This document shows positions 1 through 8,725 of a stretch of DNA of 64,000 nt, one piece after another. Made by a program: the position numbers and the translations under genes. Source of the DNA: a bacterium (GTDB taxonomy: Bacteria > Bacteroidota > Ignavibacteria > Kapaibacteriales > Kapaibacteriaceae); the NCBI GenBank assembly GCA_036834845.1, contig DAITNB010000005.1:37677-101676 (forward strand), read 5' to 3'. The notes below the pieces were generated by a model that saw only the letters and a program-made list of their open reading frames with translations, ran no database searches and was not told the DNA's origin. Each line of letters opens with the position of its first letter. Within the stretch, counting starts at the first letter, position 1.

Positions 1-1
1 T

Positions 2-670
2 CTTCGCACGTCTTTACTTGTCCAAGACAACAACACAACCCTAGTAGTAGACACCTCGTCGGACTTCCGTCAGCAGATGTTGCAACACAAGGTGCTAGAC
101 CTTGATGCTGTGCTCTTTACCCACCACCACTTCGATCACATTGGTGGCTTCGACGATGTGCGTCCGTATAACTTTCGTGCTGCACGCCCCCTACCCATTT
201 ATGCGTTGTCCGAAACAGCGGATGTTTTAAAGTCTACTTATCCGTATGCCTTTGGCTTGATCGAATCAACTGGGGCATCGGTGCCCTCGGTGCAACTGTT
301 CGAGGTAGACACCTCGCCCTTTGTCGTTGGCACCATACATGTAGTTCCCATTCCTATGCTGCATGGTAAATCACTGCGCGTTAACGGTTATCGGTTTGGT
401 TCATTCGCATACTGCACAGATACCAACTACATTTCTCAGGCCTCGCTCGAACTTTTAAACGGGGTTGACACATTGGTGATAGATGGGCTGCGATGGGAAC
501 CCCATCCAACACACTTTACGATATCTCAAGCGTTGGAAGTAATAAAAGTAGTTCGGCCCCGAAGGGCCTATCTTACGCACATAGCGCACCAGATTCTCCA
601 CTCGCGCGACTCCGCATTACTACCTGCCGGCGTGGAGTTTGCTACAGACGGGTTGGTAATAGAACTCTAG
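2..670 (+). CDS. MBL-fold metallo-hydrolase (PhnP/YycJ-like), 5' end outside the window
   Basis: The reading frame is open from base 2. An HHHFDHIGG (HxHxDH) metallo-beta-lactamase motif is present. The ORF track entry 77..670 begins at an internal Met. Confidence 0.8.
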   Translation, partial: LRTSLLVQDNNTTLVVDTSSDFRQQMLQHKVLDLDAVLFTHHHFDHIGGFDDVRPYNFRAARPLPIYALSETADVLKSTYPYAFGLIESTGASVPSVQLFEVDTSPFVVGTIHVVPIPMLHGKSLRVNGYRFGSFAYCTDTNYISQASLELLNGVDTLVIDGLRWEPHPTHFTISQALEVIKVVRPRRAYLTHIAHQILHSRDSALLPAGVEFATDGLVIEL

Positions 671-688
671 CGGGCGCAAGTACATCAC

Positions 689-716
689 AAAAAAAAAGCC
701 CCGCCTAACGGGCGGG
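689..716 (-). terminator. Rho-independent terminator candidate: A9 on the plus strand, then a GC hairpin CCCGCC-TAACG-GGCGGG
   Basis: On the minus strand this reads as a GC stem-loop followed by T9. It lies downstream of scpB (stop at 945) and also just after the MBL gene stop at 670. Confidence 0.55.
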
Positions 717-872
717 ACCTTCGTCTACACGTAGGGGAGGGGTATTCCTACGCGGCACGTTGTTTTGAAGGCATTGAATGTAGATCAAGCGTGGGGTTTG
801 GGGTCGAGAGTGCCAAGCGCGTTCTTCTTGGAAAGATGATCGTACTGCCTTCAAAGCGTTGTACGAACATAA

Positions 873-900
873 GGAAACTATTTTGACTAAAATAGTTTCC
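873..900. repeat. Perfect 12-bp inverted repeat GGAAACTATTTT-GACT-AAAATAGTTTCC
   Basis: I read the palindrome directly in the sequence. It sits 45 bp downstream of the scpB stop. It has no flanking T-tract, so it may be a protein-binding site or an RNA hairpin. Confidence 0.6.
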
Positions 901-944
901 GTCGTTAAACACACTGTTTCCAGTTGACTCTAAGCACCTTAAAT

Positions 945-1889
945 CTATGCAGATACAGAGTTATCCACATCGCCCTCCCACGTACCTGGTTCAGGGTCGT
1001 CTACCAAACCGTGCTCCGCCTCATTTTCCATGGAATGGTGCCAATAAGCGCCCGACGTGGCTTCGGATGCCTCGGGGGCACCCTCTTCCGCTGGCGATTG
1101 TTCATCGAGAAGCAATGCAAGTTGCTTGCGGAGCGTTCGATGATCTGTTCGAACCGATATGCTCTCGTCCATATCGATCATGGTTGTTGTAGTCTTGATA
1201 AGATCATCAATCTCCCGCAGCTTCGGTAAGTCCGAGAGCGAGTTGAGTCCGAATATTCGAAGGAACTCTTCCGTTGTGCCGTACAATAGCGGCTTACCGA
1301 TGGTCTCGGACCTACCAACAATGGCGGCCAGTTGCTTCTCCACTAGAGAGTTTACCACTTCCCCACTGTTAACGCCACGTATCGCGTCGATTTCTGCCTT
1401 GGTTATTGGCTGACGGTATGCAATGATGGCAATGGTTTCTAACGCTGCTTGGGTAAGTCTGCGACGATTCTTCGCCTTTAATAAACGCTGCACCAAGTAC
1501 CCTTGTTGGGGGGTAGTGGCAAACTGGAAGCCCCCTGCAATCTTCACAATGCGATACGGACGAGCGCTGCGTTGCAGGTCTTCGTTGATTTCTTCCACCA
1601 GTTCGTCGAAGTATCCATTGGGTACATCAAAACTTGGAGCAATTTTTTCCACTGTTGGCTCTTGCTCGGCGGAACCATCAAGCGGTAGTTGTTGCTGTCC
1701 GGGCACTTGCTGCGACGGATCTTCGAGCACAAGCAAACGGTGCAACATTCTTGTGGTAAGGGGCTCTTCACTCGCAAAGATCAGAGCTTCGAGTGCGGCC
1801 AGTTGTTCTGCACGCTCAAGTGTAAAGAAGTACGGTAACTCGCGCGAGGCAACGTCCCGTTGAAGTTGTTCGTGTTCCAATTCCGTCAT
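945..1889 (-). CDS. scpB: Segregation and condensation protein B (ScpB) with a long acidic, P/Q-rich C-terminal tail
   Basis: An LEALIFAS motif near the N-terminus is the ScpB winged-helix signature. The gene overlaps scpA by 4 nt. Confidence 0.85.
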   Translation of the reverse strand: MTELEHEQLQRDVASRELPYFFTLERAEQLAALEALIFASEEPLTTRMLHRLLVLEDPSQQVPGQQQLPLDGSAEQEPTVEKIAPSFDVPNGYFDELVEEINEDLQRSARPYRIVKIAGGFQFATTPQQGYLVQRLLKAKNRRRLTQAALETIAIIAYRQPITKAEIDAIRGVNSGEVVNSLVEKQLAAIVGRSETIGKPLLYGTTEEFLRIFGLNSLSDLPKLREIDDLIKTTTTMIDMDESISVRTDHRTLRKQLALLLDEQSPAEEGAPEASEATSGAYWHHSMENEAEHGLVDDPEPGTWEGDVDNSVSA

Positions 1890-2638
1890 GTGGTCTCTTC
1901 CGAGAGGTTCGCGTGTTCGTGAGCGTTGGCAACTACTATGTCGTCGAACTTATCGTCCTGCTGAATAATGATGCGGTGAATTTTCGCCAGTTCTAATAGC
2001 GCTAAGAAGGTTACTACAATGTGCATTCTTGTTAGACCACCAATGAGTTCGAAGAAACGCACAGATGGTTTCGACGCGAGAAGACTCATGATCTCCGTTG
2101 ACTTTTCTTCTACGGTAATTGGGAATCGTGTTACGACGTGTGGATCGGCTTTGTCTGGTGCTTTCTCAACGGCTCGTTTAAGTGCTTTGAGGAGATCGAA
2201 GAGTGTTGCGTTTCGATACTCGCCGGTGTTTGTGGCATGGATTTCTTCTGCTTCGAAAACAGAGCGATACATCACATATCTCTGATTTTCGGCCGAAAGC
2301 GAAAGTGTATCCGTTGCTTCGCGATACCGTTTATACTCTAGCAAACGCCGAACAAGCTCGGCGCGAGGATCGTCATCGTCTACCTCTCCGGGCTCTAGGC
2401 CTTGCTTCTCTTCGCGGGGCAGCAACATCTGAGCTTTTATCTGCACAAGCATCGAAGCCATTACAAGAAACTCCCCGGCCAACTCTAGGTCCAAAAGCTC
2501 CAGCACTTTTACGTACTCTAGAAACTCCTGCGTGATAGACGCTATGGGAATATCGTAGATGTCATATTCGTCGCGTTTTATGAAGAACAGCAACAGGTCC
2601 AACGGACCCTCAAAATTGTCGAGCCGAATGTTATACAT
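1886..2638 (-). CDS. scpA: Segregation and condensation protein A (ScpA)
   Basis: The N-terminus FEGPLDLLLFFIKRDEYDIYDIPIASIT matches the ScpA family signature. Confidence 0.9.
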   Translation of the reverse strand: MYNIRLDNFEGPLDLLLFFIKRDEYDIYDIPIASITQEFLEYVKVLELLDLELAGEFLVMASMLVQIKAQMLLPREEKQGLEPGEVDDDDPRAELVRRLLEYKRYREATDTLSLSAENQRYVMYRSVFEAEEIHATNTGEYRNATLFDLLKALKRAVEKAPDKADPHVVTRFPITVEEKSTEIMSLLASKPSVRFFELIGGLTRMHIVVTFLALLELAKIHRIIIQQDDKFDDIVVANAHEHANLSEETT

Positions 2639-3818
2639 GGGAACTGTCCACGTTTACCAGATCTACTAGATGTTTCGCACCCACGTACACGCGAGGCACC
2701 CGTTGGGAAATCCCCGTTGTGATGTCGTATGGAATTGTATCAGCCCATTCTGCCAATGTTACCGCTGTGATGGACGTTGCGTTCAGGCCTTTTTCACTAC
2801 TTCCAATCAGTATCACTTTGTCTCCCAGAGAAACCGGAGCATCACCCACATCAACCATAATCTCGTCCATACACACGGTGCCCACAACAGGATAGAGCGT
2901 TTCGCCAACTATGCACCACGCCTTCCCTGTTAACCTGCGTTGATACCCGTCTCCATAACCTATAGGAATGGTAGCGATTGTTGTATCCGATTCGGCCACG
3001 AACCTTCGACCGTAACTCACGCTCTCGCCGGCCCGGATGCGGCGCATAGAAACAATGCGCGAGGTAACGGACATCGCCGGACGCAATGCCGCGTTGTCTG
3101 CAGGATGGGCAGAGTACCCGTAGAGTGAGAGTCCGGGACGAATCATTGTAAAGTGTGTTTGTGCCGATCTCCAGATGGCACCGGTGTTTGCTGCATGTAT
3201 GTTGGCAAAGGTAATTCCCAAGGAGGAACATTCTTCAACTACATGGGCAAAGGTGGATAACTGGTGCTCGAGAAACGTACTCTGCGGGTCATCCGAGGTA
3301 GCAAAATGGGTGCAAATGCCATCGAGGTACAAACCGGGAAGTTTTCGGATTACCTCTGCGGATCCGGGCACCTGCAGCGGCGAAAAACCCTCTCGGTGCA
3401 TTCCGGTGTCTACATAGATGTGCACACCTATCTGGCGCTGGGAGGCAACCGCGGCGTGAGAAAGCCAACGAGCATGTTCCAAATCGCACACTACTGCGGT
3501 TACCCCTAGCTCGATTGCCAAACCGGCCTCCTCGGGCTCTATAGGGGTTAACACCGTAATGGGAATTGAGATTCCATGCGAACGAAGAAGCGCGGCTTCG
3601 TCTACAAAGGCAACTCCCAGCATATCTACACCTAAATGCTGCAATACACGTGCTATGGGCACCATTCCGTGTCCGTAGGCATTGGCTTTCACCATGGCCA
3701 ACACCGCCGCCGCTGGGGCTTGCAACCGAATCTGTGCAAGGTTTGCGGCGAGGGCGTCGAGATCTATCGTTGCAACGGTAGAACGCGTCACGCGGAGGTC
3801 CCTTCGGCGTCCATCCAT
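2631..3818 (-). CDS. alr: Alanine racemase
   Basis: A VKANAYGHG PLP-lysine motif is present. The length (395 aa) fits alanine racemase. Confidence 0.9.
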   Translation of the reverse strand: MDGRRRDLRVTRSTVATIDLDALAANLAQIRLQAPAAAVLAMVKANAYGHGMVPIARVLQHLGVDMLGVAFVDEAALLRSHGISIPITVLTPIEPEEAGLAIELGVTAVVCDLEHARWLSHAAVASQRQIGVHIYVDTGMHREGFSPLQVPGSAEVIRKLPGLYLDGICTHFATSDDPQSTFLEHQLSTFAHVVEECSSLGITFANIHAANTGAIWRSAQTHFTMIRPGLSLYGYSAHPADNAALRPAMSVTSRIVSMRRIRAGESVSYGRRFVAESDTTIATIPIGYGDGYQRRLTGKAWCIVGETLYPVVGTVCMDEIMVDVGDAPVSLGDKVILIGSSEKGLNATSITAVTLAEWADTIPYDITTGISQRVPRVYVGAKHLVDLVNVDSSHV

Positions 3819-4819
3819 TCGAACGAGCGCCGTATTTCTTCGGTGCCTAATCCAGCGCCGAGAGCGCAGATGAGCTTTACTCGGGCTTTCTGACCATTAA
3901 GGTAGTCTGCAAACACTACACCAGCCGCATGAAGCTGCTTACCTGCCCCCTCATAGGCATACACATGCTCGATACGACCAACCGGACACCGGGAAACAAG
4001 TACCACAGGCAATCCGCTGGCTACAGCGCCTTGCAGCGCATAAAACACCTCGGGAGTTACGTTACCTACACCAAAGGCCTCAATTACCAGTCCGGCCGCA
4101 CCCTTTTCGCGGCAAGCATCGATAAGTTCGGCACCCATTCCGGCGTACGATTTTACAAGCGGCACAAAGACAGGAAGTTCCGATACGGCAAATGTCTCTC
4201 TGTGTAAGGGGGCTCTGTGGTACATCAGAACTCCATTGGTGATTCTTCCCAATGGACCGAAATCGAAGCTCGTAAACGTAGAGAGATCTTGGGTGTCTGT
4301 TTTCGACGCCTCGGAGGCAGCCGTTATCGAGCCACCTAAACACACAAGAACGCCAAGGTTGCGAGATAACGGACTGGATGCAACGCTAATGGCATCTCGC
4401 ACATTTCGGGGTCCGTCCCAATCGGGTTCGCTGCTGTTACGCATAGCGCCAATCACTACGATTGGTTTGGGTGTATCAACCGTGCAATCAAGGAAATAGG
4501 CTGTTTCTTCCAAAGTGTCCGTGCCGTGGGTTATCACCACACCATCTACGGTGGGGTTCGAAGTGTACGAACGAACAATGTTGGACAGATCAAGCATCCT
4601 TGCCGGACTCATATGTGGTCCGGGGAACGTTCCATATTCGTGCACCGTGATGTTTGCAGATTCCCGCACGCCAGGGATTCTTGCAAGAATCTCGCCGCCA
4701 GACATGCTAGGAACCACACCGCCCCATTCGCGGTCGAGCGTGGAAGCAATGGTACCGCCGGTAAAGATGATTACTACGTGCGGTTTATTTGGGTGGGTGT
4801 TGGTAGAATTCGTTGTCAT
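3788..4819 (-). CDS. ansA: L-asparaginase (type I/II family)
   Basis: The motif VVIIFTGGTIAS (TGGTIA) is present. The ORF track gives 452 aa, but the first ~109 aa have no asparaginase-like sequence. I place the start at the internal Met MTTNSTN at 4819. The alternative start at 4882 would overlap the divergent gene. Confidence 0.75.
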   Translation of the reverse strand: MTTNSTNTHPNKPHVVIIFTGGTIASTLDREWGGVVPSMSGGEILARIPGVRESANITVHEYGTFPGPHMSPARMLDLSNIVRSYTSNPTVDGVVITHGTDTLEETAYFLDCTVDTPKPIVVIGAMRNSSEPDWDGPRNVRDAISVASSPLSRNLGVLVCLGGSITAASEASKTDTQDLSTFTSFDFGPLGRITNGVLMYHRAPLHRETFAVSELPVFVPLVKSYAGMGAELIDACREKGAAGLVIEAFGVGNVTPEVFYALQGAVASGLPVVLVSRCPVGRIEHVYAYEGAGKQLHAAGVVFADYLNGQKARVKLICALGAGLGTEEIRRSFEWMDAEGTSA

Positions 4820-4861
4820 GAACCCGCGAAGATAGAGACCGCGTTCGTAGTTTTGTGATTC

Positions 4862-6007
4862 ATGATCGTTGCTAACCCACATATTCGCACCCTCGCAACT
4901 TACACGCCGGGTGCTTCCCCCGAGCAAATCAAGGCACAGTTCGGGTTGGAATCTGTTGAGAAACTGGCTTCGAATGAAAATCCGCGTGGTGCCTCGCCCC
5001 TTGCCATGGCCGCCGCCCAAGACGCTCTTACGCACGCGCACATTTACGGCGATGGTGGCGCACTTCTCCAGAGCGTTATTGCAAATCATCATGGTGTAGA
5101 ACCTACCTGCGTTAGTGTGCACAATGGCAGCGATGCCATTATTCACCAGATCATGCGGACCTTTCTGTTGCCGGGAGAAACGGCGCTGAGTTCGGAAGGC
5201 ACATTTGTAAGCTTTGGTCTGGCTGTTGCCGCTGCAGACAGAGCTTCGAAGCGTGTGCCGATGGCCCCACGATATCGGTATGATGTGCAGGCATTAGTAG
5301 ATGCTGTAGACTCGAGTACGAAGATCATCTACATTGCAAATCCGAACAACCCCACCGGAACCTATGTAAACGCCGATGAGCTGTCGTGGCTTGTAGAAGA
5401 GGTTCCGTCTTCGGTTCTCGTTGTGGTAGACGAGGCGTATTGCGAATACGCACACCATTTGGTGGGCGCAGACTATCCGAATGTTCAGGCGATGGAGAGA
5501 GAGAACGTTGTTCAATTGCGCACGTTCTCGAAGGCCTATGGTCTGGCAGCGCTGCGCATTGGCTACGCTCTTGGCCATCCAAACACCATTTCGTGGCTGC
5601 AACGAACAAAGCTTCCGTTCGATCCTAATGCCATTGGCTGTGCTGCCGCCATAGCCGCTCTTGCGGATAGCGAGTTTGTTCGGCAAACGGTATTGCTGAA
5701 CGAAAGTGGGCTTTCCGCCCTACATGCAGCACTAGATACCCAGGGACTTCTCCGGTCAGAGAGTGTGGCCAACTTTGTTATGGCAGACCTTGGTACTGCA
5801 GAACGTGCAAGTGCCATGCACCGCGCACTTCTTTTCGACGGCTTTATTACACGTCCACTCACCGGTTTTGGACTGCCTACCTGCCTTCGCATTACAACCG
5901 GATTACCCGAACAAAATGTTCGCGTTGCAACCGCGCTTGCCACTCATGCCAAGGTGATCCTTGATTCGGAAGCAACAGCGTTACCATCGCTAATTGGAGT
6001 ACAATGA
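4862..6007 (+). CDS. hisC: Histidinol-phosphate/aromatic aminotransferase family (HisC family). It is probably a tyrosine aminotransferase, given its coupling to HPPD.
   Basis: The class-II aminotransferase signature LASNENP is present. The gene overlaps hppD by 4 nt. Confidence 0.75.
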   Translation: MIVANPHIRTLATYTPGASPEQIKAQFGLESVEKLASNENPRGASPLAMAAAQDALTHAHIYGDGGALLQSVIANHHGVEPTCVSVHNGSDAIIHQIMRTFLLPGETALSSEGTFVSFGLAVAAADRASKRVPMAPRYRYDVQALVDAVDSSTKIIYIANPNNPTGTYVNADELSWLVEEVPSSVLVVVDEAYCEYAHHLVGADYPNVQAMERENVVQLRTFSKAYGLAALRIGYALGHPNTISWLQRTKLPFDPNAIGCAAAIAALADSEFVRQTVLLNESGLSALHAALDTQGLLRSESVANFVMADLGTAERASAMHRALLFDGFITRPLTGFGLPTCLRITTGLPEQNVRVATALATHAKVILDSEATALPSLIGVQ

Positions 6008-7137
6008 TGAGCACCACAACCGCAGAAGCTCCCACGCAAAATGTAACCGAGGACTTTCTTCCGTTGAACGGAACAGACTACCTCGAGATTTACTGTGGCA
6101 ATGCCAAACAATCGTCGTATTTCTATCGCACGGCATTTGGATTTTCACTTGTTGCCTATGCCGGACCCGAAACAGGCGTGCGCGATCGCGCATCGTATGT
6201 GCTGCAGCAAGGCAAAATTCGCTTGATCCTTACAAGCCCCATGCACCCCGGCGGCGAGATAACAGAGCACATTGCCAAACACGGCGATGGTGTTAAAGTT
6301 CTTGCTCTTTGGGTAGACGATGCGCGTGCCTCGTGGGAAGCAACCACGCAGCGCGGAGCTGTTAGTGTGCAAGAGCCCACTGTGCTTACAGATGAGTTTG
6401 GCGAGGTAGTGGTGGCGTCGATCAAAACCTATGGCGACACCGTTCACACCTTTGTAGAGCGGAAGAACTATACCGGTGCGTTTATGCCGGGATATAAGGC
6501 CATCGACGACGGATACCATACAGACCCCGTAGGCTTGCTCTATGTAGACCACTGCGTAGGCAATGTAGAGCTAGGACACATGAATGAGTGGGTAAAGTTC
6601 TACGAAGACGTTATGGGGTTCAAGTTGCTTATAACATTCGACGATAGCGACATTTCCACCGAATACTCTGCGCTAATGTCGAAGGTTGTATCCAATGGAA
6701 CCGGTTACGTGAAGTTCCCCATTAACGAACCCGCTGCCGGCAAGCGTAAGAGTCAAATCGAAGAGTACATCGAGTTCTATCATGGTGCCGGCGTTCAGCA
6801 CATAGCCGTTGCTACCAATGACATTATCCATACCGTTGGCGAGCTTCGCCGGCGTGGTGTACAATTTCTCTACGTTCCGGAAACGTACTACGAGGATGTT
6901 CTAGACCGTGTAGGGCATATTGATGAAGACATCAACGAGCTGCGCAAGCTGAACATTCTTATCGACAGAGACGACGAAGGATATCTTCTTCAGATCTTTA
7001 CCAAGCCCGTAGAAGATCGTCCAACACTCTTCTTCGAAATCATTCAGCGCAGAGGTGCACGCAGCTTTGGCAAGGGTAATTTTAAAGCCCTTTTCGAGTC
7101 CATCGAGCGTGAGCAAGCTCTTCGAGGAAATCTGTAG
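6004..7137 (+). CDS. hppD: 4-hydroxyphenylpyruvate dioxygenase
   Basis: N-terminal YLEIYCGNAKQSSYFY and C-terminal FFEIIQRRGARSFGKGNFKALFESIE are typical of HPPD. Confidence 0.9.
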   Translation: MMSTTTAEAPTQNVTEDFLPLNGTDYLEIYCGNAKQSSYFYRTAFGFSLVAYAGPETGVRDRASYVLQQGKIRLILTSPMHPGGEITEHIAKHGDGVKVLALWVDDARASWEATTQRGAVSVQEPTVLTDEFGEVVVASIKTYGDTVHTFVERKNYTGAFMPGYKAIDDGYHTDPVGLLYVDHCVGNVELGHMNEWVKFYEDVMGFKLLITFDDSDISTEYSALMSKVVSNGTGYVKFPINEPAAGKRKSQIEEYIEFYHGAGVQHIAVATNDIIHTVGELRRRGVQFLYVPETYYEDVLDRVGHIDEDINELRKLNILIDRDDEGYLLQIFTKPVEDRPTLFFEIIQRRGARSFGKGNFKALFESIEREQALRGNL

Positions 7138-7152
7138 AAATAACGAGCGAAT

Positions 7153-8631
7153 TTGTTTCACCTTTCAAGCCTCCCTATGGCTTCCAAAAAATTGCCGAGT
7201 AAAGCGCCAACGGCGCTGTTTCATGGGAACAACCCATTTCTCGATTCGGTGAATGCCTATTTCGATAAGGCCGCTGCCGTAATGGATCATTCGCAGGGTC
7301 TACTCGATCAAATCAGAGTATGCAACTCTGTGTACTACATGCAGTTTCCTGTGCGCATAAAAGGCGGCATACAGGTTATTCAGGCATGGCGAGCAGAGCA
7401 CAGCCATCACAAGCTCCCAACGAAGGGAGGAATTCGGTATGCACTGACTGTAGATCAAGAAGAAGTGCAAGCACTTGCTGCACTGATGACCTACAAGTGT
7501 GCAGTTGTAGACGTACCGTTTGGCGGTGGCAAGGGTGGTATTCGCATCAACCCTAGAGATTACTCTGTTGAAGAGCTGGAACGTATTACCCGTAGGTACA
7601 CCGTTGAGCTCATCAAGAAGAACTTCATCGGTCCGTCCGTAGACGTTCCGGCACCGGACTATGGCACAGGCCCACGCGAGATGGCGTGGATTGCCGATAC
7701 GTACCAGGCCTTTATGAAGGATGAGATTAACGCCCTTGGTTGCGTTACCGGCAAGCCGGTGGGTCAGGGCGGTGTTCGCGGTCGCACGGCTGCAACGGGC
7801 AGAGGATTGTTCTTTGCCGTTCGCGAAGCGGTGAACGATCCGAAGCTTATGAAGAAGCTGAAGCTCACAACCGGTCTGGCCGGCAAAAAGGTTATCGTGC
7901 AGGGCTTTGGCAACGTGGGATATCACGCCGCCAAGTTCCTTGCCGAAGGCGGTGCCACGGTTGTTGGTATCATCGAATGGGATGGTGCGGTAGTTAATCC
8001 TAAGGGTATCGATGTTGAAGCACTCAACACACATCGTGCGAAGAAGGGTACAATAACAGGCTTTGCCGGCGGCAAAACGGTGAAGGACGGCAACAGTGTT
8101 CTCGAACACGAGTGCGACATCCTGGTACCTGCTGCTCTGGAATCGCAAATTCACAAGGGCAATGCGGCCAAGATCAAGGCCAAGATTATTGCCGAGGGAG
8201 CCAACGGTCCAATCACATCCGAAGCAGAGCCAATTCTGTTGCGCAAAGGCATTCTTGTAATGCCAGACATGTATGTGAATGCAGGGGGCGTTGTTGTTTC
8301 GTACTTCGAGTGGCTAAAGAACATCTCCCACGTTCGTTTTGGGAGAATGGACAAACGATTCGAAGAAGGTTCGAACACCCGCCTCGTAGAAGCTGTTGAG
8401 CGTCTTACCGGCAAGTCGCTTACCGTTAGCGAACGCAACATGATTGCACGCGGTGCAGACGAAGAAGACCTTGTAAACTCGGGCTTGGAAGACACCATGA
8501 TCTCTGCATATCACACAATCATGGATGTGTACTTCAACAATCCAAAGGTAAAAGACATGCGCACTGCGGCCTTCGTAACAGCAATCGACAAGATTGCTCA
8601 GTCGTATCTTTCCTTGGGAATCTTCCCATAA
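7153..8631 (+). CDS. Glutamate dehydrogenase (Glu/Leu/Phe/Val dehydrogenase family)
   Basis: The catalytic-lysine region FGGGKGGIRINP is present, with the NAD(P) Rossmann motif GFGNVG. The start may instead be the Met at 7177. Confidence 0.9.
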   Translation: MFHLSSLPMASKKLPSKAPTALFHGNNPFLDSVNAYFDKAAAVMDHSQGLLDQIRVCNSVYYMQFPVRIKGGIQVIQAWRAEHSHHKLPTKGGIRYALTVDQEEVQALAALMTYKCAVVDVPFGGGKGGIRINPRDYSVEELERITRRYTVELIKKNFIGPSVDVPAPDYGTGPREMAWIADTYQAFMKDEINALGCVTGKPVGQGGVRGRTAATGRGLFFAVREAVNDPKLMKKLKLTTGLAGKKVIVQGFGNVGYHAAKFLAEGGATVVGIIEWDGAVVNPKGIDVEALNTHRAKKGTITGFAGGKTVKDGNSVLEHECDILVPAALESQIHKGNAAKIKAKIIAEGANGPITSEAEPILLRKGILVMPDMYVNAGGVVVSYFEWLKNISHVRFGRMDKRFEEGSNTRLVEAVERLTGKSLTVSERNMIARGADEEDLVNSGLEDTMISAYHTIMDVYFNNPKVKDMRTAAFVTAIDKIAQSYLSLGIFP

Positions 8632-8664
8632 AGCCAACTGCGTTCGTAGTGGTTTCGATGATAA

Positions 8665-8715
8665 AACAAATGGCGAGTTGCGTAAGAGCAACTCGCCATT
8701 TTCGTTTTTCGTTTC
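8665..8715 (+). terminator. Bidirectional rho-independent terminator between convergent genes
   Basis: The hairpin is AAATGGCGAGTTGC-GTAAGA-GCAACTCGCCATTT, followed by TCGTTTTTCGTTT and preceded by AAAACAAA. Confidence 0.7.
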
Positions 8716-8725
8716 CAGGTTGTGT

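Noticed and set aside
670-945. Possible tRNA or small RNA in the 275-bp convergent intergenic region
   Set aside because: I found no tRNA-like acceptor/T-arm pattern (no GTTCGAATC-type box). The region holds only a terminator-like hairpin and a palindrome.
1423-1863. 146-aa + strand ORF and other small ORFs inside scpB/scpA
   Set aside because: They are antisense to the conserved ScpB gene. They are Ser/Cys-rich with no motif.
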